A stretch of 64,000 nt of DNA from an uncultured bacterium (GTDB lineage Bacteria > Patescibacteriota > Saccharimonadia > UBA4664 > SCTI01): contig CAVRJJ010000005.1 of assembly GCA_963721685.1 (NCBI GenBank), positions 396,980 to 460,979 on the forward strand. Direction: 5' to 3'. Numbering within the stretch: the stretch's first letter is position 1; the number at the start of each line of letters is the position of its first letter. Both the position numbers and the translations under genes were made by a program. Below are positions 48,717 through 58,005 of the stretch, one piece after another. The notes below the pieces were generated by a model. It was not told the DNA's origin and ran no database searches. It saw only the letters and a list, made by a program, of their open reading frames with translations.

Positions 48717-48941
48717 CGTACATCGATAAGCGTAAGCGCTATATATCTCTCGGTATGTCGAGGCATCATAGAAGCTGCGATTAACAATGTTGTGTTGAGC
48801 GGTCGAACGGAGGCTTAAACCTAAGGTCGAACTTCTCCCGTCCGAAATTAATCGGAGCCAAGACCGTCAGCACCCCTGTCACCCTGTTTTAATGTGACGA
48901 TGGGATGGAGATAAACCATTAGTAGAGAAGTCAGCAACTCG
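48717..48941 (+). ncRNA. long structured 5' leader, candidate riboswitch (c-di-AMP/ydaO-like elements?)
   Basis: A leader of about 225 nt contains ACGGAGG, CCGAAAUUAAUC, and GACCGUCAGC segments reminiscent of, but not proven to be, ydaO-class motifs. This class is known upstream of cell wall hydrolase/rpf genes. Confidence 0.2.
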
Positions 48942-50111
48942 TTGTCGATGCCAGCCATCGGCCAGAGTAAATCGGAAAACGCTTCAAAACTAAAGCTTTC
49001 CAAGACAGCTTTGCTGTCGCAACCTAACACTATTACCGAAGCCTCTACGCTAACCGTAGTGGGTAAGGGTGTGCAGGCGGCATCTGGGGTGATGCTGCGG
49101 CTTTATGCTGCCCCCCGGATGGTAATGCATGCCGGAGTTATTGGATTAGTGGGGATGATCGTCTTAGGCAGCTCAACCGGCCACCCTGCCAAGCTTAACC
49201 CTTTGGCAAGCCAGATTGGGTACGGCTCAGTTCTCGACCAAGCCGCCGCCGCCAGTGTTGCGGCTACCGTAGCAGACCAAACGCACTTATTAGTTACCCA
49301 GGAAATTGATACCACCGCCAAAACCTTAAACGAACAAATCAGCTTACCCACAACGGACGATGCCACCTTGGCAAAGCGCCAAGTGGTTGATACGGCCGGG
49401 CCAACCGCCCGCGGCGTCAGTACTTACACCGTAGCCGTGGGAGATACGATGAGCGGGATAGCGGCTCAATTTAATATCACGACCGACACGGTTCGTTGGG
49501 CAAACGGCTTAAGCCAGGGCGTTGAACTTAAGCCCGGTCAGGCTCTCACGATCCTTCCCGTCTCAGGTGTCCGGTATAGGGTACTGCCCGGGGAAACCGC
49601 CCAGGCGCTCGCTGAGCGTTTTCACGCCAATGCCGACCAAATAGTAGCCTTCAATAACAGCGAAGTAAGCGGCTTGCAGGCTGGCCAGGTTGTTATTATC
49701 CCTGATGGAATTGTAGAAGAGGCAGCCCCCGCTCCAGCAAGCTCAAGGGTTGCCAGCCAGGCAGCCGCGGCTAGCAGCGTCTCAACACCCGTTAAGTTTA
49801 CCCGGGGCGGCCCTAATGGTTACGCCTACGGCTACTGTACTTGGTATGTTGCCAACCGCCGGGCAGTTCCAGCCTGGTGGGGTAATGCTGCCAGCTGGTA
49901 TTCAAACGCGCGAATTAGCGGTTATAGCGTGGGCTCAGCCCCCCAGCCAGGTGCAATTGCCTGGAGCGGAGCGGGTTACTATGGCCACGTGGCTTATGTT
50001 GAGGGCGTGTCCGGTGGTATGGTTACCGTTAGCGAAATGAACTGGAATGGTAACTGGAACCGCGCGACCTCGCGAACAGTACCCGCGTCTTCCTTCCGTT
50101 ATATCTATTAA
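48942..50111 (+). CDS. secreted peptidoglycan hydrolase: 2x LysM + C-terminal CHAP domain
   Basis: LysM repeats (YTVAVGDTMSGIAAQFN; YRVLPGETAQALAERFH). The CHAP domain reads GYCTWYVANRR ... GHVAYVEGV, with the Cys/His dyad. Confidence 0.75.
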   Translation: MSMPAIGQSKSENASKLKLSKTALLSQPNTITEASTLTVVGKGVQAASGVMLRLYAAPRMVMHAGVIGLVGMIVLGSSTGHPAKLNPLASQIGYGSVLDQAAAASVAATVADQTHLLVTQEIDTTAKTLNEQISLPTTDDATLAKRQVVDTAGPTARGVSTYTVAVGDTMSGIAAQFNITTDTVRWANGLSQGVELKPGQALTILPVSGVRYRVLPGETAQALAERFHANADQIVAFNNSEVSGLQAGQVVIIPDGIVEEAAPAPASSRVASQAAAASSVSTPVKFTRGGPNGYAYGYCTWYVANRRAVPAWWGNAASWYSNARISGYSVGSAPQPGAIAWSGAGYYGHVAYVEGVSGGMVTVSEMNWNGNWNRATSRTVPASSFRYIY

Positions 50112-50165
50112 TTTCCTTTAAATGAAAGCGGTGCTTTAGCCGCGTTCCTTTATAATTAAGCCATT

Positions 50166-51428
50166 ATGTTTACCGATAAACTCGAAATTGAAGTAATGGC
50201 CGGAAAAGGCGGCGATGGCCGCCTTAGCTTTCGCCATGAGAAATATCGGGCTAAAGGCGGTCCCGACGGCGGTGACGGAGGCAATGGTGGCAGTGTTATT
50301 TTTGTTGTCGACCACAACCTTCACACCTTATCCGCTTTTCGAAAGTTACGGCGTATAAAAGCTGAGGATGGTATGGCTGGCGGGGGGGACCGCAAACATG
50401 GGCGTGCCGGGGAGGATACCATTATTAAAGTTCCTGCCGGTACCCAAATAGTACAAGAGGGGAGTATAATCGCCGACCTCACCCAGGAAGAACAGCGGTT
50501 AGTGGTAGCCAAAGGTGGCCGGGGCGGTTTTGGTAATGCCCACTTCACGTCCTCTACGCGCCAAGCACCGCGGACCACCGAGCTTGGTGAAGCCGGCCAG
50601 CGCAAGAGTCTGCTTTTAGAACTTAAGCTGGTTGCCGATGTGGGACTTATTGGTTTGCCCAACGCGGGTAAGTCAACCTTACTCGCAACCATCTCCAACG
50701 CTAAGCCCGAAATTGGAGATTATCCTTTCACGACCTTGATTCCAAACCTAGGGGTGGTTGATTTTGAGCAGTTTACCTTTTTGGTTGCAGATATACCCGG
50801 TTTGATTGAAGGGGCCAGTAAGGGCAAAGGCTTAGGTGATAAATTTTTACGGCACATAGAACGCACGGCTGTGCTCGTTCACCTTATCGACGCCTACTCT
50901 CAAGACATTGTAGCCGACTATACCACTATCCAGCATGAGCTATCATCATATCGCATAGATCTTACGAGTAAGCCTCAAATCATCGCGTTTACCAAAACCG
51001 AAGGGATGTCCGAGGTTGATTTAGCTGCCAAAAAACAAATACTCAAAAAGGTCACCAAAAATACCGTAATGGCTATTTCCGCGAATGCCGGCCAAGGCAT
51101 CACAAAACTTCTGGCCGCGATTGTACCGTTAGTAGAACGGGCTCGGACTAGGCGTGAGGCGGAGGAGTCCGAAGAGGCGATACCGGTGATTGATGAAGCC
51201 AGCCAGCCAAACCTGTGGCACGTTGAATATAAGGATGGCGTCTACCATATATCCGGACAAAAGCTCGAAGGATTTAGCCGGCGGACCGACTGGGAAAATG
51301 ACGCATCGGTTGAACGCCTACGCGACATCTTGCGCAAGAATGGCATTGATAGGGAACTCAGGCGCCTGGAAGCCGAACCAGGCTCTATCCTTCAAATTGC
51401 CGGCCACGCTCTTAAATGGTTGGGATAG
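50166..51428 (+). CDS. obg: GTPase Obg
   Basis: The Obg fold GKGGDGRLSFRHEKYRAKGGPDGGDGGNGGSV, G1 GLPNAGKST, and G3 DIPG. Confidence 0.9.
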   Translation: MFTDKLEIEVMAGKGGDGRLSFRHEKYRAKGGPDGGDGGNGGSVIFVVDHNLHTLSAFRKLRRIKAEDGMAGGGDRKHGRAGEDTIIKVPAGTQIVQEGSIIADLTQEEQRLVVAKGGRGGFGNAHFTSSTRQAPRTTELGEAGQRKSLLLELKLVADVGLIGLPNAGKSTLLATISNAKPEIGDYPFTTLIPNLGVVDFEQFTFLVADIPGLIEGASKGKGLGDKFLRHIERTAVLVHLIDAYSQDIVADYTTIQHELSSYRIDLTSKPQIIAFTKTEGMSEVDLAAKKQILKKVTKNTVMAISANAGQGITKLLAAIVPLVERARTRREAEESEEAIPVIDEASQPNLWHVEYKDGVYHISGQKLEGFSRRTDWENDASVERLRDILRKNGIDRELRRLEAEPGSILQIAGHALKWLG

Positions 51429-51491
51429 CGCGGTAATTTAACGTGGTTTTAATCCAGGTTTGTTATCTTCTGGAGGTAACAAGGAGCCGGC

Positions 51492-51692
51492 ATGAGTAAT
51501 ATATATCCTGAGTGGATTCAGGAACAGTTAGATAAAATCGCTTCGGATTCATTCAGGACATCCGATGAGCGTTTGGCTATAAGGTTGGCAGCGGTTGAGT
51601 CGCGGATTATTCACCACATAGGCCGCCGGTTTGATCGAGTTGAAGCACGCTTGGAGTACCTTATTGGCTGTTTCGATGCGCACGAATCCTAG
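51492..51692 (+). CDS. small hypothetical protein (66 aa)
   Basis: A good RBS (aaggagcc) 5 nt upstream. No family recognised. Confidence 0.4.
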   Translation: MSNIYPEWIQEQLDKIASDSFRTSDERLAIRLAAVESRIIHHIGRRFDRVEARLEYLIGCFDAHES

Positions 51693-51731
51693 CGAGCCCA
51701 AGGCAAATGCCGTACAATTATCCCGGTACGA

Positions 51732-51807
51732 GGGGATATAGCTCAGCTGATAGAGCGCTGCATTCGCATTGCAGAGGTCGGGGGTTTGAATCCCCCTATC
51801 TCCACCA
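51732..51807 (+). tRNA. tRNA-Ala (anticodon CGC), CCA encoded
   Basis: GGGGATATAGCTCAGCTGATAGAGCGCTGCATTCGCATTGCAGAGGTCGGGGGTTTGAATCCCCCTATCTCCACCA, with a G3:U70 pair. Confidence 0.9.
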
Positions 51808-51960
51808 GTAAATGCATGGAACGGAAGTCTTGCTCATTTTCTGGCGACTAGGAAAAATGAAATGACAGGGCGTTTGGTGTGAAAATAGCGAAATTGTAAA
51901 TCTGTCTGATGAAATGAGAAATTATAAGAGTATTCTAGGTAAATATAAAGAGGAACGAGT

Positions 51961-52143
51961 ATGGATCCAGATACTGCGGACAGGTTAGCGGCAGGGATGC
52001 CGGTTCCTGCACAACAGCTGCAGGATGATGCCGCGAAGAGGGCTACAGATGCCCGCGTGGCTCAACAGCAGCAGCAAAAAGCGGAGGCGGAAGCGGCGGC
52101 CCGGGCTGCTGATGCGGCCAACGCGCAACGTTACGGCAGCTGA
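51961..52143 (+). CDS. small Ala/Gln-rich hypothetical protein (60 aa)
   Basis: RBS aagaggaac. Low-complexity sequence. Confidence 0.3.
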   Translation: MDPDTADRLAAGMPVPAQQLQDDAAKRATDARVAQQQQQKAEAEAAARAADAANAQRYGS

Positions 52144-52172
52144 CCAAATAAAAATTTGTTTATTATAGAAAA

Positions 52173-52196
52173 GAAACGCCTAGGCGTTTCTTTTCT
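52173..52196. terminator. bidirectional rho-independent terminator GAAACGCCTAGGCGTTTC flanked by A-run/T-run
   Basis: A perfect 18-nt palindrome between convergent genes, followed by TTTTCTTCTT. Confidence 0.55.
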
Positions 52197-52218
52197 TCTT
52201 TCCTTAATGGTTTAAAAG

Positions 52219-52473
52219 CTAATTGTTGTTATCAATCCTGTTGCTACCGCTCGCTTCGCCCCCTTTTTTTGCGGCGTCCTGAACATCGTTTTTGTCACGG
52301 TTTGCAAAATTACCAGGGTTGTTTTCCTTGCCCTGCTTGGAGCCAATTTCCGAGAAAAACTCGCTGTCATGAGTTTGGGCGGTCTTTTGGCCACCTTTTT
52401 GTCCAGCCTTCGCGTGTCCTTCTGAGTCTCCGTACCATCCTTGCCCTCGGTTTTGGTTGTCTTGGTCTGCCAT
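52219..52473 (-). CDS. KGG-repeat general stress protein (YciG-like)
   Basis: 84 aa, hydrophilic and Gly/Lys/Asn/Gln-rich, with KGG/QKGG motifs. Confidence 0.55.
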   Translation of the reverse strand: MADQDNQNRGQGWYGDSEGHAKAGQKGGQKTAQTHDSEFFSEIGSKQGKENNPGNFANRDKNDVQDAAKKGGEASGSNRIDNNN

Positions 52474-52707
52474 ATTGCTACCCCCTTACTTATTTTCTAA
52501 CGAACACAGCATAAAACAGCTAAAAGTAATTGGCATTATAAAGAATTCCAGCATAACTTGGATTAAAGGAGTGAAATGCTTCACTCCTTGTATTGAAATG
52601 ACTGCGATTGCCTATAACAAGCGATTGGAGCGGCTCGACATAATAACGAAATAAGTCAGATAGTGGCGTATTGGTAAACCATTTACCGCTTATGTTAGAC
52701 TGCGAGT

Positions 52708-52869
52708 ATGGCAAAAAACTTTATTGATGAAGATGAGCGCCCTGCAAGTCTTGGGTATACCGATGGCTTTCGTTTTGGCTTTGGCTTCTTTATAGCTAAT
52801 TTGCTTGGGCTTACCGTGTTGGCAGGTCTAGGCCTGTTGGTTAATTACGCCATGACTCAGTTGCGCTAA
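52708..52869 (+). CDS. small (53 aa) membrane protein
   Basis: MAKNFIDEDERPASLGYTDGFRFGFGFFIANLLGLTVLAGLGLLVNYAMTQLR. It is below the track cutoff. Confidence 0.25.
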   Translation: MAKNFIDEDERPASLGYTDGFRFGFGFFIANLLGLTVLAGLGLLVNYAMTQLR

Positions 52870-52904
52870 AACACCCAGTTTGTTAAAGTTACGCTGGTAA
52901 ACAC

Positions 52905-52981
<77 letters not shown>

Positions 52982-53067
52982 ATGCAATTATATTCTTGGG
53001 AGTTTGCACAATGCACCTATTGCTTGCCTCAGTTAAGCTTTAGGCAGCTTAAATAAAGGAACGCAGT

Positions 53068-53214
53068 ATGCTTAAGACAATCCTAGTGGTGCTTGTGGTC
53101 CTATGGCTTCTAGGCTTTGTCGCCAAAATCGGCGGCGGCTTAATCCATTTACTATTAGTAATCGCGTTAATCGTATTTATTTATGACCGCCTCGCGGGCA
53201 GAAAGAAGGTTTAA
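53068..53214 (+). CDS. Lmo0937-family small membrane protein (48 aa)
   Basis: MLKTILVVLVVLWLLGFVAKIGGGLIHLLLVIALIVFIYDRLAGRKKV, with RBS aaaggaacg. It matches the remembered pattern of this small-protein family. Confidence 0.5.
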   Translation: MLKTILVVLVVLWLLGFVAKIGGGLIHLLLVIALIVFIYDRLAGRKKV

Positions 53215-53215
53215 C

Positions 53216-53518
53216 ATGGCAGACATCGTTCAAAACATTCCACCAGAACGTGAGAATACGGTAGTTGAGCGGGATAGGGGCAGTTCAGCTGGCTGGATCC
53301 TTGCTGTTCTGCTGATACTGGTCCTGCTTGTTCTGGCTTTCTTTTTTCTAGGTAATAATGATAACGACAAGGAAGCAACGCCGAACCAAAACAACAATAC
53401 GACTAATACTACGAGCGAACCCGACACTACTGAAACGGAAACAACACCTGCCGCTCCCGCACCTACCGCTCCGACCCCCGCGCCTGTTTCGCCCACACCC
53501 AACCCTATCACCCCATAA
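53216..53518 (+). CDS. single-TM protein with Thr/Pro-rich tail
   Basis: The start was chosen at MADIVQN (RBS gaaagaagg). A TM (WILAVLLILVLLVLAFFFL) is followed by an N/T/P-rich low-complexity tail. Confidence 0.45.
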   Translation: MADIVQNIPPERENTVVERDRGSSAGWILAVLLILVLLVLAFFFLGNNDNDKEATPNQNNNTTNTTSEPDTTETETTPAAPAPTAPTPAPVSPTPNPITP

Positions 53519-53578
53519 GAGGTTCGTGCCTACCAAGCAATTAGCTTTTGGCTTAAACATGGGGATATAATATGAAGC

Positions 53579-54118
53579 ATGGCTTTACAAATTATCCGGC
53601 TTGGACATCCGGCACTAAGGGCTAAGTCGCTGCCGGTTACCAAAAAAGAGCTGGCCACTTCTCAATTTCAAGCGTTTCTCGACGAATTAAGTGCTATTTG
53701 CGTAACTAATAACGGGGTGGGTATCGCGGCGCCCCAGGTTGGCGTGAATAAGCGCGTGATTGTCGTACATGTTGATCCGCTCAATCCGCGTTACCTGGGT
53801 AAAAAGCCCTTTCCCTTAACAACAGTAGTCAACCCGAAAATAAGCGTCCGTTCCACGGTTAAAGCCGATGATTGGGAGGGTGACCTTTCAATTGCAATCC
53901 GCGCATTGGTGCCGCGGGCAAAAACCTGTGAAGTCCGAGGCTTGGACCGCCAGGGGAAGCCAGTAGTATTTGAGCTTTCCTATGACTTCCACGCCAGGGT
54001 ATTTCAGCATGAAATTGACCATTTAAACGGTGTACTGTTTTTAGACAGGGTGAAGCGCAAACAAACCTTGAGTGAACCGGCCGAATGGGAGAAGTATTGG
54101 AAAGGTAAGAAAATATAA
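53579..54118 (+). CDS. def: peptide deformylase with non-canonical motif II (EGDLS instead of EGCLS)
   Basis: Motif I is GVGIAAPQVG and motif III is QHEIDHLNG. Motif II reads DWEGDLSIAIRALVPRA (codon gac), where the metal-ligand Cys is expected. Confidence 0.8.
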   Translation: MALQIIRLGHPALRAKSLPVTKKELATSQFQAFLDELSAICVTNNGVGIAAPQVGVNKRVIVVHVDPLNPRYLGKKPFPLTTVVNPKISVRSTVKADDWEGDLSIAIRALVPRAKTCEVRGLDRQGKPVVFELSYDFHARVFQHEIDHLNGVLFLDRVKRKQTLSEPAEWEKYWKGKKI

Positions 54119-54131
54119 CTACACTAGCAAC

Positions 54132-55421
54132 ATGGTAAAGCAAAGCATTTTAGTGGTAGGCGGCGGCGGCCGTGAACACGCTTTGGCCTGGAAGTTGGGT
54201 CAATCACCTCATAGCGGTAAGATTTATGTCGCCCCGGGCAACGGCGGTACCGGCGAGGTAGCTGAAAATGTGCCGATTGAAGCGAATGATATTGATGGCT
54301 TGCTAGAGTTTGCCAAAAATAAGCAAATTAACTTAACGGTGGTTGGGCCAGATGACGCTTTAGCCGATGGCATCGTCGACGCCTTTAAGGCAGCCAACTT
54401 AAGAGTGTTTGGCCCTACGCAGGGTGCGGCGAGGATTGAGTCGTCAAAGGCTTTTTCAAAGCAGGTTATGTCTAAGCGGCATATTCCTACGGCCGAATTT
54501 GTTATTATGCGTGACCAAACCGAGGCGCTAGCTTACGTTGAGGTCTCACCTTTGCCAATAGTGGTAAAGGCCAGTGGATTAGCCCTTGGGAAAGGAGTCT
54601 TTATATGCCACACCCTGGATGAAGCTCGTGAAGCGGTTCAAGCCATTATGGAAGAAAAACGGTTTGGAGAGTCGGGCAACGAAGTCGTTATTGAGCAGTA
54701 TTTGGTAGGACCAGAGGTTTCAACCCATGCCCTATCCGATGGACAGGTGGCGGTGATGTTTCCCGCCTCCCAGGACCATAAAGCGGTGTACGACGGTGAT
54801 AAGGGGCCAAATACCGGCGGTATGGGTGCGTACGCTCCCGTCCCTGGCGTGACGGATGAGGAGGTTTTATGGGTCCAAAATAATGTGGTAGTACCGGTGT
54901 TGCAGGAAATGGCAGCGGGAGGATCTCCGTTTGTTGGCTGCTTGTATCCTGGTCTGAAAATGACGCCCCACGGTCCTAAGGTGCTGGAGTTTAATGCCCG
55001 CTTCGGTGATCCGGAAACTCAAGTCTATATGCGCTTGCTTGAAAGTGACTTGGTAGAATTAATTGACGCCTGTATTGATGGCAAGGTGGCTGAGCTAAAG
55101 GTCCGCTGGAAGCCAGGATACGCGGTGAGCGTAGTGTTGGCATCGGGCGGCTATCCCGGAAGTTACCGGCGAGGCCTGCCCATTGAAGGTCTTAAAGCGG
55201 CGGCCAGCGAGGAGGATGTGGTACTATTTCATGCCGGAACCAGCTTGGAAGAGGCCGGCTGCACGACGTCCGGCGGAAGAGTGCTTAATGTTACCGCCAC
55301 CGGCAACACGTTAGCGGAAGCCCAAGCCAAGGCTTACGCGGCGGTTAAGCTGGTACACTTTGATGGGATGCATTACCGAACCGACATTGCTCAGAAAGGA
55401 ATAGATGCTGCCAATGAGTAA
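54132..55421 (+). CDS. purD: phosphoribosylamine--glycine ligase
   Basis: ILVVGGGGREHALAWKL, an ATP-grasp core, and C-terminal GGRVL. The start was chosen at MVKQSIL. Confidence 0.9.
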   Translation: MVKQSILVVGGGGREHALAWKLGQSPHSGKIYVAPGNGGTGEVAENVPIEANDIDGLLEFAKNKQINLTVVGPDDALADGIVDAFKAANLRVFGPTQGAARIESSKAFSKQVMSKRHIPTAEFVIMRDQTEALAYVEVSPLPIVVKASGLALGKGVFICHTLDEAREAVQAIMEEKRFGESGNEVVIEQYLVGPEVSTHALSDGQVAVMFPASQDHKAVYDGDKGPNTGGMGAYAPVPGVTDEEVLWVQNNVVVPVLQEMAAGGSPFVGCLYPGLKMTPHGPKVLEFNARFGDPETQVYMRLLESDLVELIDACIDGKVAELKVRWKPGYAVSVVLASGGYPGSYRRGLPIEGLKAAASEEDVVLFHAGTSLEEAGCTTSGGRVLNVTATGNTLAEAQAKAYAAVKLVHFDGMHYRTDIAQKGIDAANE

Positions 55422-55998
55422 GATTGCATTGATCTCAGTTTATGAAAAAGAGGGTATCGTCGAGTTTGCTAAAGGTTTGGCCGACCAGGGATGGGAGTTG
55501 CTAGCTTCCGGTGGTACCGCCAAGGCGCTCACCGATGCCGGCTTAAAAGTGCGGGATGTTGCTGATTTAGTCGGCGGCAAAGCCATCCTGGGGCATAAAG
55601 TAGTTACCTTATCGCGTGAAATCCATGCTGGTTTACTTGCTGATTACAAGACTGAAAGTCAAGAAATGGAACGCTTAGGACTTTCGTATATTGATCTGGT
55701 GTGTGTTGATTTATATCCATTGGAAGAAGAGCTGAATAACCCCAGCCGGACGCTGGCCAGTATCCGTCAGAAAACCGATGTTGGCGGACCTACCATGCTG
55801 CACGCCGCAGCAAAGGGAGGGCGTTTAATTGTCTGTGACCCTGACGACCGGCAAGGAGTAGTCGATTGGTTATCCAGCGGTTCACCCAACGAAAGCAAAA
55901 AGCGTTTAGCGATGGCAATTAAGGCCGAAATGGTCGCAGCGCACCATATAGAGCTTTCGCAGCAGCTGCTGACCGAGGAACTTACTAGGCAACAATAA
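55414..55998 (+). CDS. stand-alone PurH N-terminal (MGS-like, IMP cyclohydrolase) domain protein
   Basis: ALISVYEKEGIVEFAKGLADQGWELLASGGTAKAL ... DVGGPTMLHAAAK aligns with the E. coli PurH N-domain. No AICAR-transformylase domain follows. Confidence 0.65.
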   Translation: MSKIALISVYEKEGIVEFAKGLADQGWELLASGGTAKALTDAGLKVRDVADLVGGKAILGHKVVTLSREIHAGLLADYKTESQEMERLGLSYIDLVCVDLYPLEEELNNPSRTLASIRQKTDVGGPTMLHAAAKGGRLIVCDPDDRQGVVDWLSSGSPNESKKRLAMAIKAEMVAAHHIELSQQLLTEELTRQQ

Positions 55999-56032
55999 GC
56001 GATATGACCTGTTACGGTGCTACAATAAGATC

Positions 56033-57304
56033 ATGATTCAGAAGATAAAGCAAAAGTTGTATTTCCCTGTAGCTGCTTATTTTCGCTTCTGGGCCAAGAT
56101 CCAACTTACCCGCTGGCATCCCCGAGTGGTGTTGGTCACTGGGTCTAGCGGTAAAACAACCTTACTGCATTTGCTGGAAGCGCAGCTGGGCGAACTGGCG
56201 CTCTATTCCCATCACGCCAATAGTGCCTTTGGCATACCGTTCCATATCTTGGGGTTTCCTACCCGCACCAACGCCAAGTCGGAATGGGTGAACTTAGTTT
56301 TAACGGCACCTTTCCGGGCATTCAAAAAACCGTTTAAGCAGCGAGTGTATGTGGTGGAGGCTGATTCTGACCGGCCGGGCGAAGCCGCTTTTATACGTTC
56401 GCTGGTAAGCCCTGAGGTTTGCATTTGGTTAAGTACCGATAAGAGCCACAGCCAAAACTTCGACGCCCAGGTTGACGTCGGCACCTTCTCCAACGTAAGT
56501 GAAGCAATCGCCTATGAATTTGGCAGCTATGTGGCATCAGCTTCAAAATTAGTTATCATCAATGATGCTGAAGCCTTGATTATTAGCCAAGGCGACCGTA
56601 TTAGAGCGGAAGTTAAGGCGGTGAATCCAAGTGCTATTAGTGGGTATAACATAGGGGCCGCTCATACGTCCTTCACTATTGACGGCACCACCTACCAGCT
56701 CCCCGGCCTGGCGCCTGTTGAGGTTGGTCTTTCAATCGCCGCGGTTATCCAAGCCTGTCATTATTTAAAAGCAGAAGTTGATCCAAGTTTTAAGAACTTT
56801 GTGTCCCCGCCAGGACGCAGCTCGGTGTTTAAGGGAATAAAGAATACCGTACTAATTGATAGCACCTATAACGCTATTCCCGGCGCGGTACGGGCGGTGC
56901 TGGGTTTATTCGGCAAATATCCGGGAAAGCCTAAGTGGCTGGTGATCAGCGATATGCTTGAGCAGGGCAAATCGGAAGCTGAGGAACACCAGGCAATTGC
57001 CGAATCAATCGCCCGGCTTGATCTCGACCGGATTATTGTAATGGGTCCGCGCATGTCTAAGTATACCGCCCCCAAGCTAAAGGAGCTGGTAGGCACGAGC
57101 ACGCCGGTAGAAGTTTTCTTAAAGCCCCGGCCGGTGCTGGACTATCTGGAAAGTAATATTAAGGGGGAAGAAATTATCTTATTTAAAGGATCGCGTTTTT
57201 TAGATGGGGTGGTAGAGCATTTATTGGCCGACCCGAAGGACGCCGATAAGTTATGCCGGCGGGGCCCTGTTTGGCAACGGAGGCGGGAGCAGTGGGGGCT
57301 ATGA
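56033..57304 (+). CDS. Mur ligase family protein, MurF-like
   Basis: P-loop VVLVTGSSGKTT, DSTYNAIPGAVRAVL (compare DDSYNANP of MurE/F), and C-terminal LFKGSRF. Confidence 0.55.
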   Translation: MIQKIKQKLYFPVAAYFRFWAKIQLTRWHPRVVLVTGSSGKTTLLHLLEAQLGELALYSHHANSAFGIPFHILGFPTRTNAKSEWVNLVLTAPFRAFKKPFKQRVYVVEADSDRPGEAAFIRSLVSPEVCIWLSTDKSHSQNFDAQVDVGTFSNVSEAIAYEFGSYVASASKLVIINDAEALIISQGDRIRAEVKAVNPSAISGYNIGAAHTSFTIDGTTYQLPGLAPVEVGLSIAAVIQACHYLKAEVDPSFKNFVSPPGRSSVFKGIKNTVLIDSTYNAIPGAVRAVLGLFGKYPGKPKWLVISDMLEQGKSEAEEHQAIAESIARLDLDRIIVMGPRMSKYTAPKLKELVGTSTPVEVFLKPRPVLDYLESNIKGEEIILFKGSRFLDGVVEHLLADPKDADKLCRRGPVWQRRREQWGL

Positions 57305-57990
57305 CTAAAGTTTATATTCTTCACGGCTGGGCGTACTCAACCGAAAAATGGCAGCCCTTTATTGACGCGCTTAAAAGCGGCGGTTGCGATCCGGTGATGC
57401 TAAAAGTACCAGGGCTAACAACTGAAAGTGACGCTATCTGGGACGTACCCAAATATGTTGACTGGATCAATAAGCAGACCATAAAGGAAACCCGCCCTTT
57501 TGTGCTGATGGGCCATTCTAATGGCGGCCGATTGGGAATTGCCTTCGCGGCGAAGTATCCTAAGCGGTTGCAGCACCTTATATTGCTCGACAGTGCCGGC
57601 ATTTATCACGATGAACCGCTTTTGCAGTTAAAGCGAATGTTGTTGGGAAAGGTCGCCAAGGCCGGAAAAAAATTAACTTCATCGGCGAAGTTACGGGCTG
57701 CTTTGTATAAGATTGCGCGGGCCCAGGACTACCACCAAGCTTCTCCCAATATGCGTGAAACCATGATTAACATGCATGAAGCTGATAAGCAGCTTCCCGT
57801 TGAGTCGGTGAAGACACCTACTACCATTATTTGGGGGAGGGAAGATAAAATTACTCCGCAAGCCGACGGGGAACTGCTATTAAAGCGTATCCCAACCAGC
57901 CGCCTGCACATAGTGGAAGGGGCCAGACACACACCGGTTTACACCCATCCGGAAGAGGTTGGGCGAATTGTGTTGGGGGCGCTGCGGTGA
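57301..57990 (+). CDS. alpha/beta-hydrolase fold protein
   Basis: The start is MTKVYILHGW, the nucleophile elbow is GHSNGG, and there is a C-terminal His region. Confidence 0.6.
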   Translation: MTKVYILHGWAYSTEKWQPFIDALKSGGCDPVMLKVPGLTTESDAIWDVPKYVDWINKQTIKETRPFVLMGHSNGGRLGIAFAAKYPKRLQHLILLDSAGIYHDEPLLQLKRMLLGKVAKAGKKLTSSAKLRAALYKIARAQDYHQASPNMRETMINMHEADKQLPVESVKTPTTIIWGREDKITPQADGELLLKRIPTSRLHIVEGARHTPVYTHPEEVGRIVLGALR

Positions 57991-58005
57991 GCATTTTTAA
58001 CTCTC

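Noticed and set aside
48717-48941. Confident assignment of the leader as a ydaO/c-di-AMP riboswitch.
   Set aside because: The order and spacing of the conserved segments do not clearly reproduce the pseudo-symmetric ydaO consensus as I remember it. It is kept only as a low-confidence candidate.
52457-52714. ORFs 52457..52654 + and 52520..52714 - in the spacer upstream of the KGG gene.
   Set aside because: They overlap each other and the hairpin/5'-UTR region. They have an odd composition and no RBS, so the region is more likely untranslated regulatory sequence.
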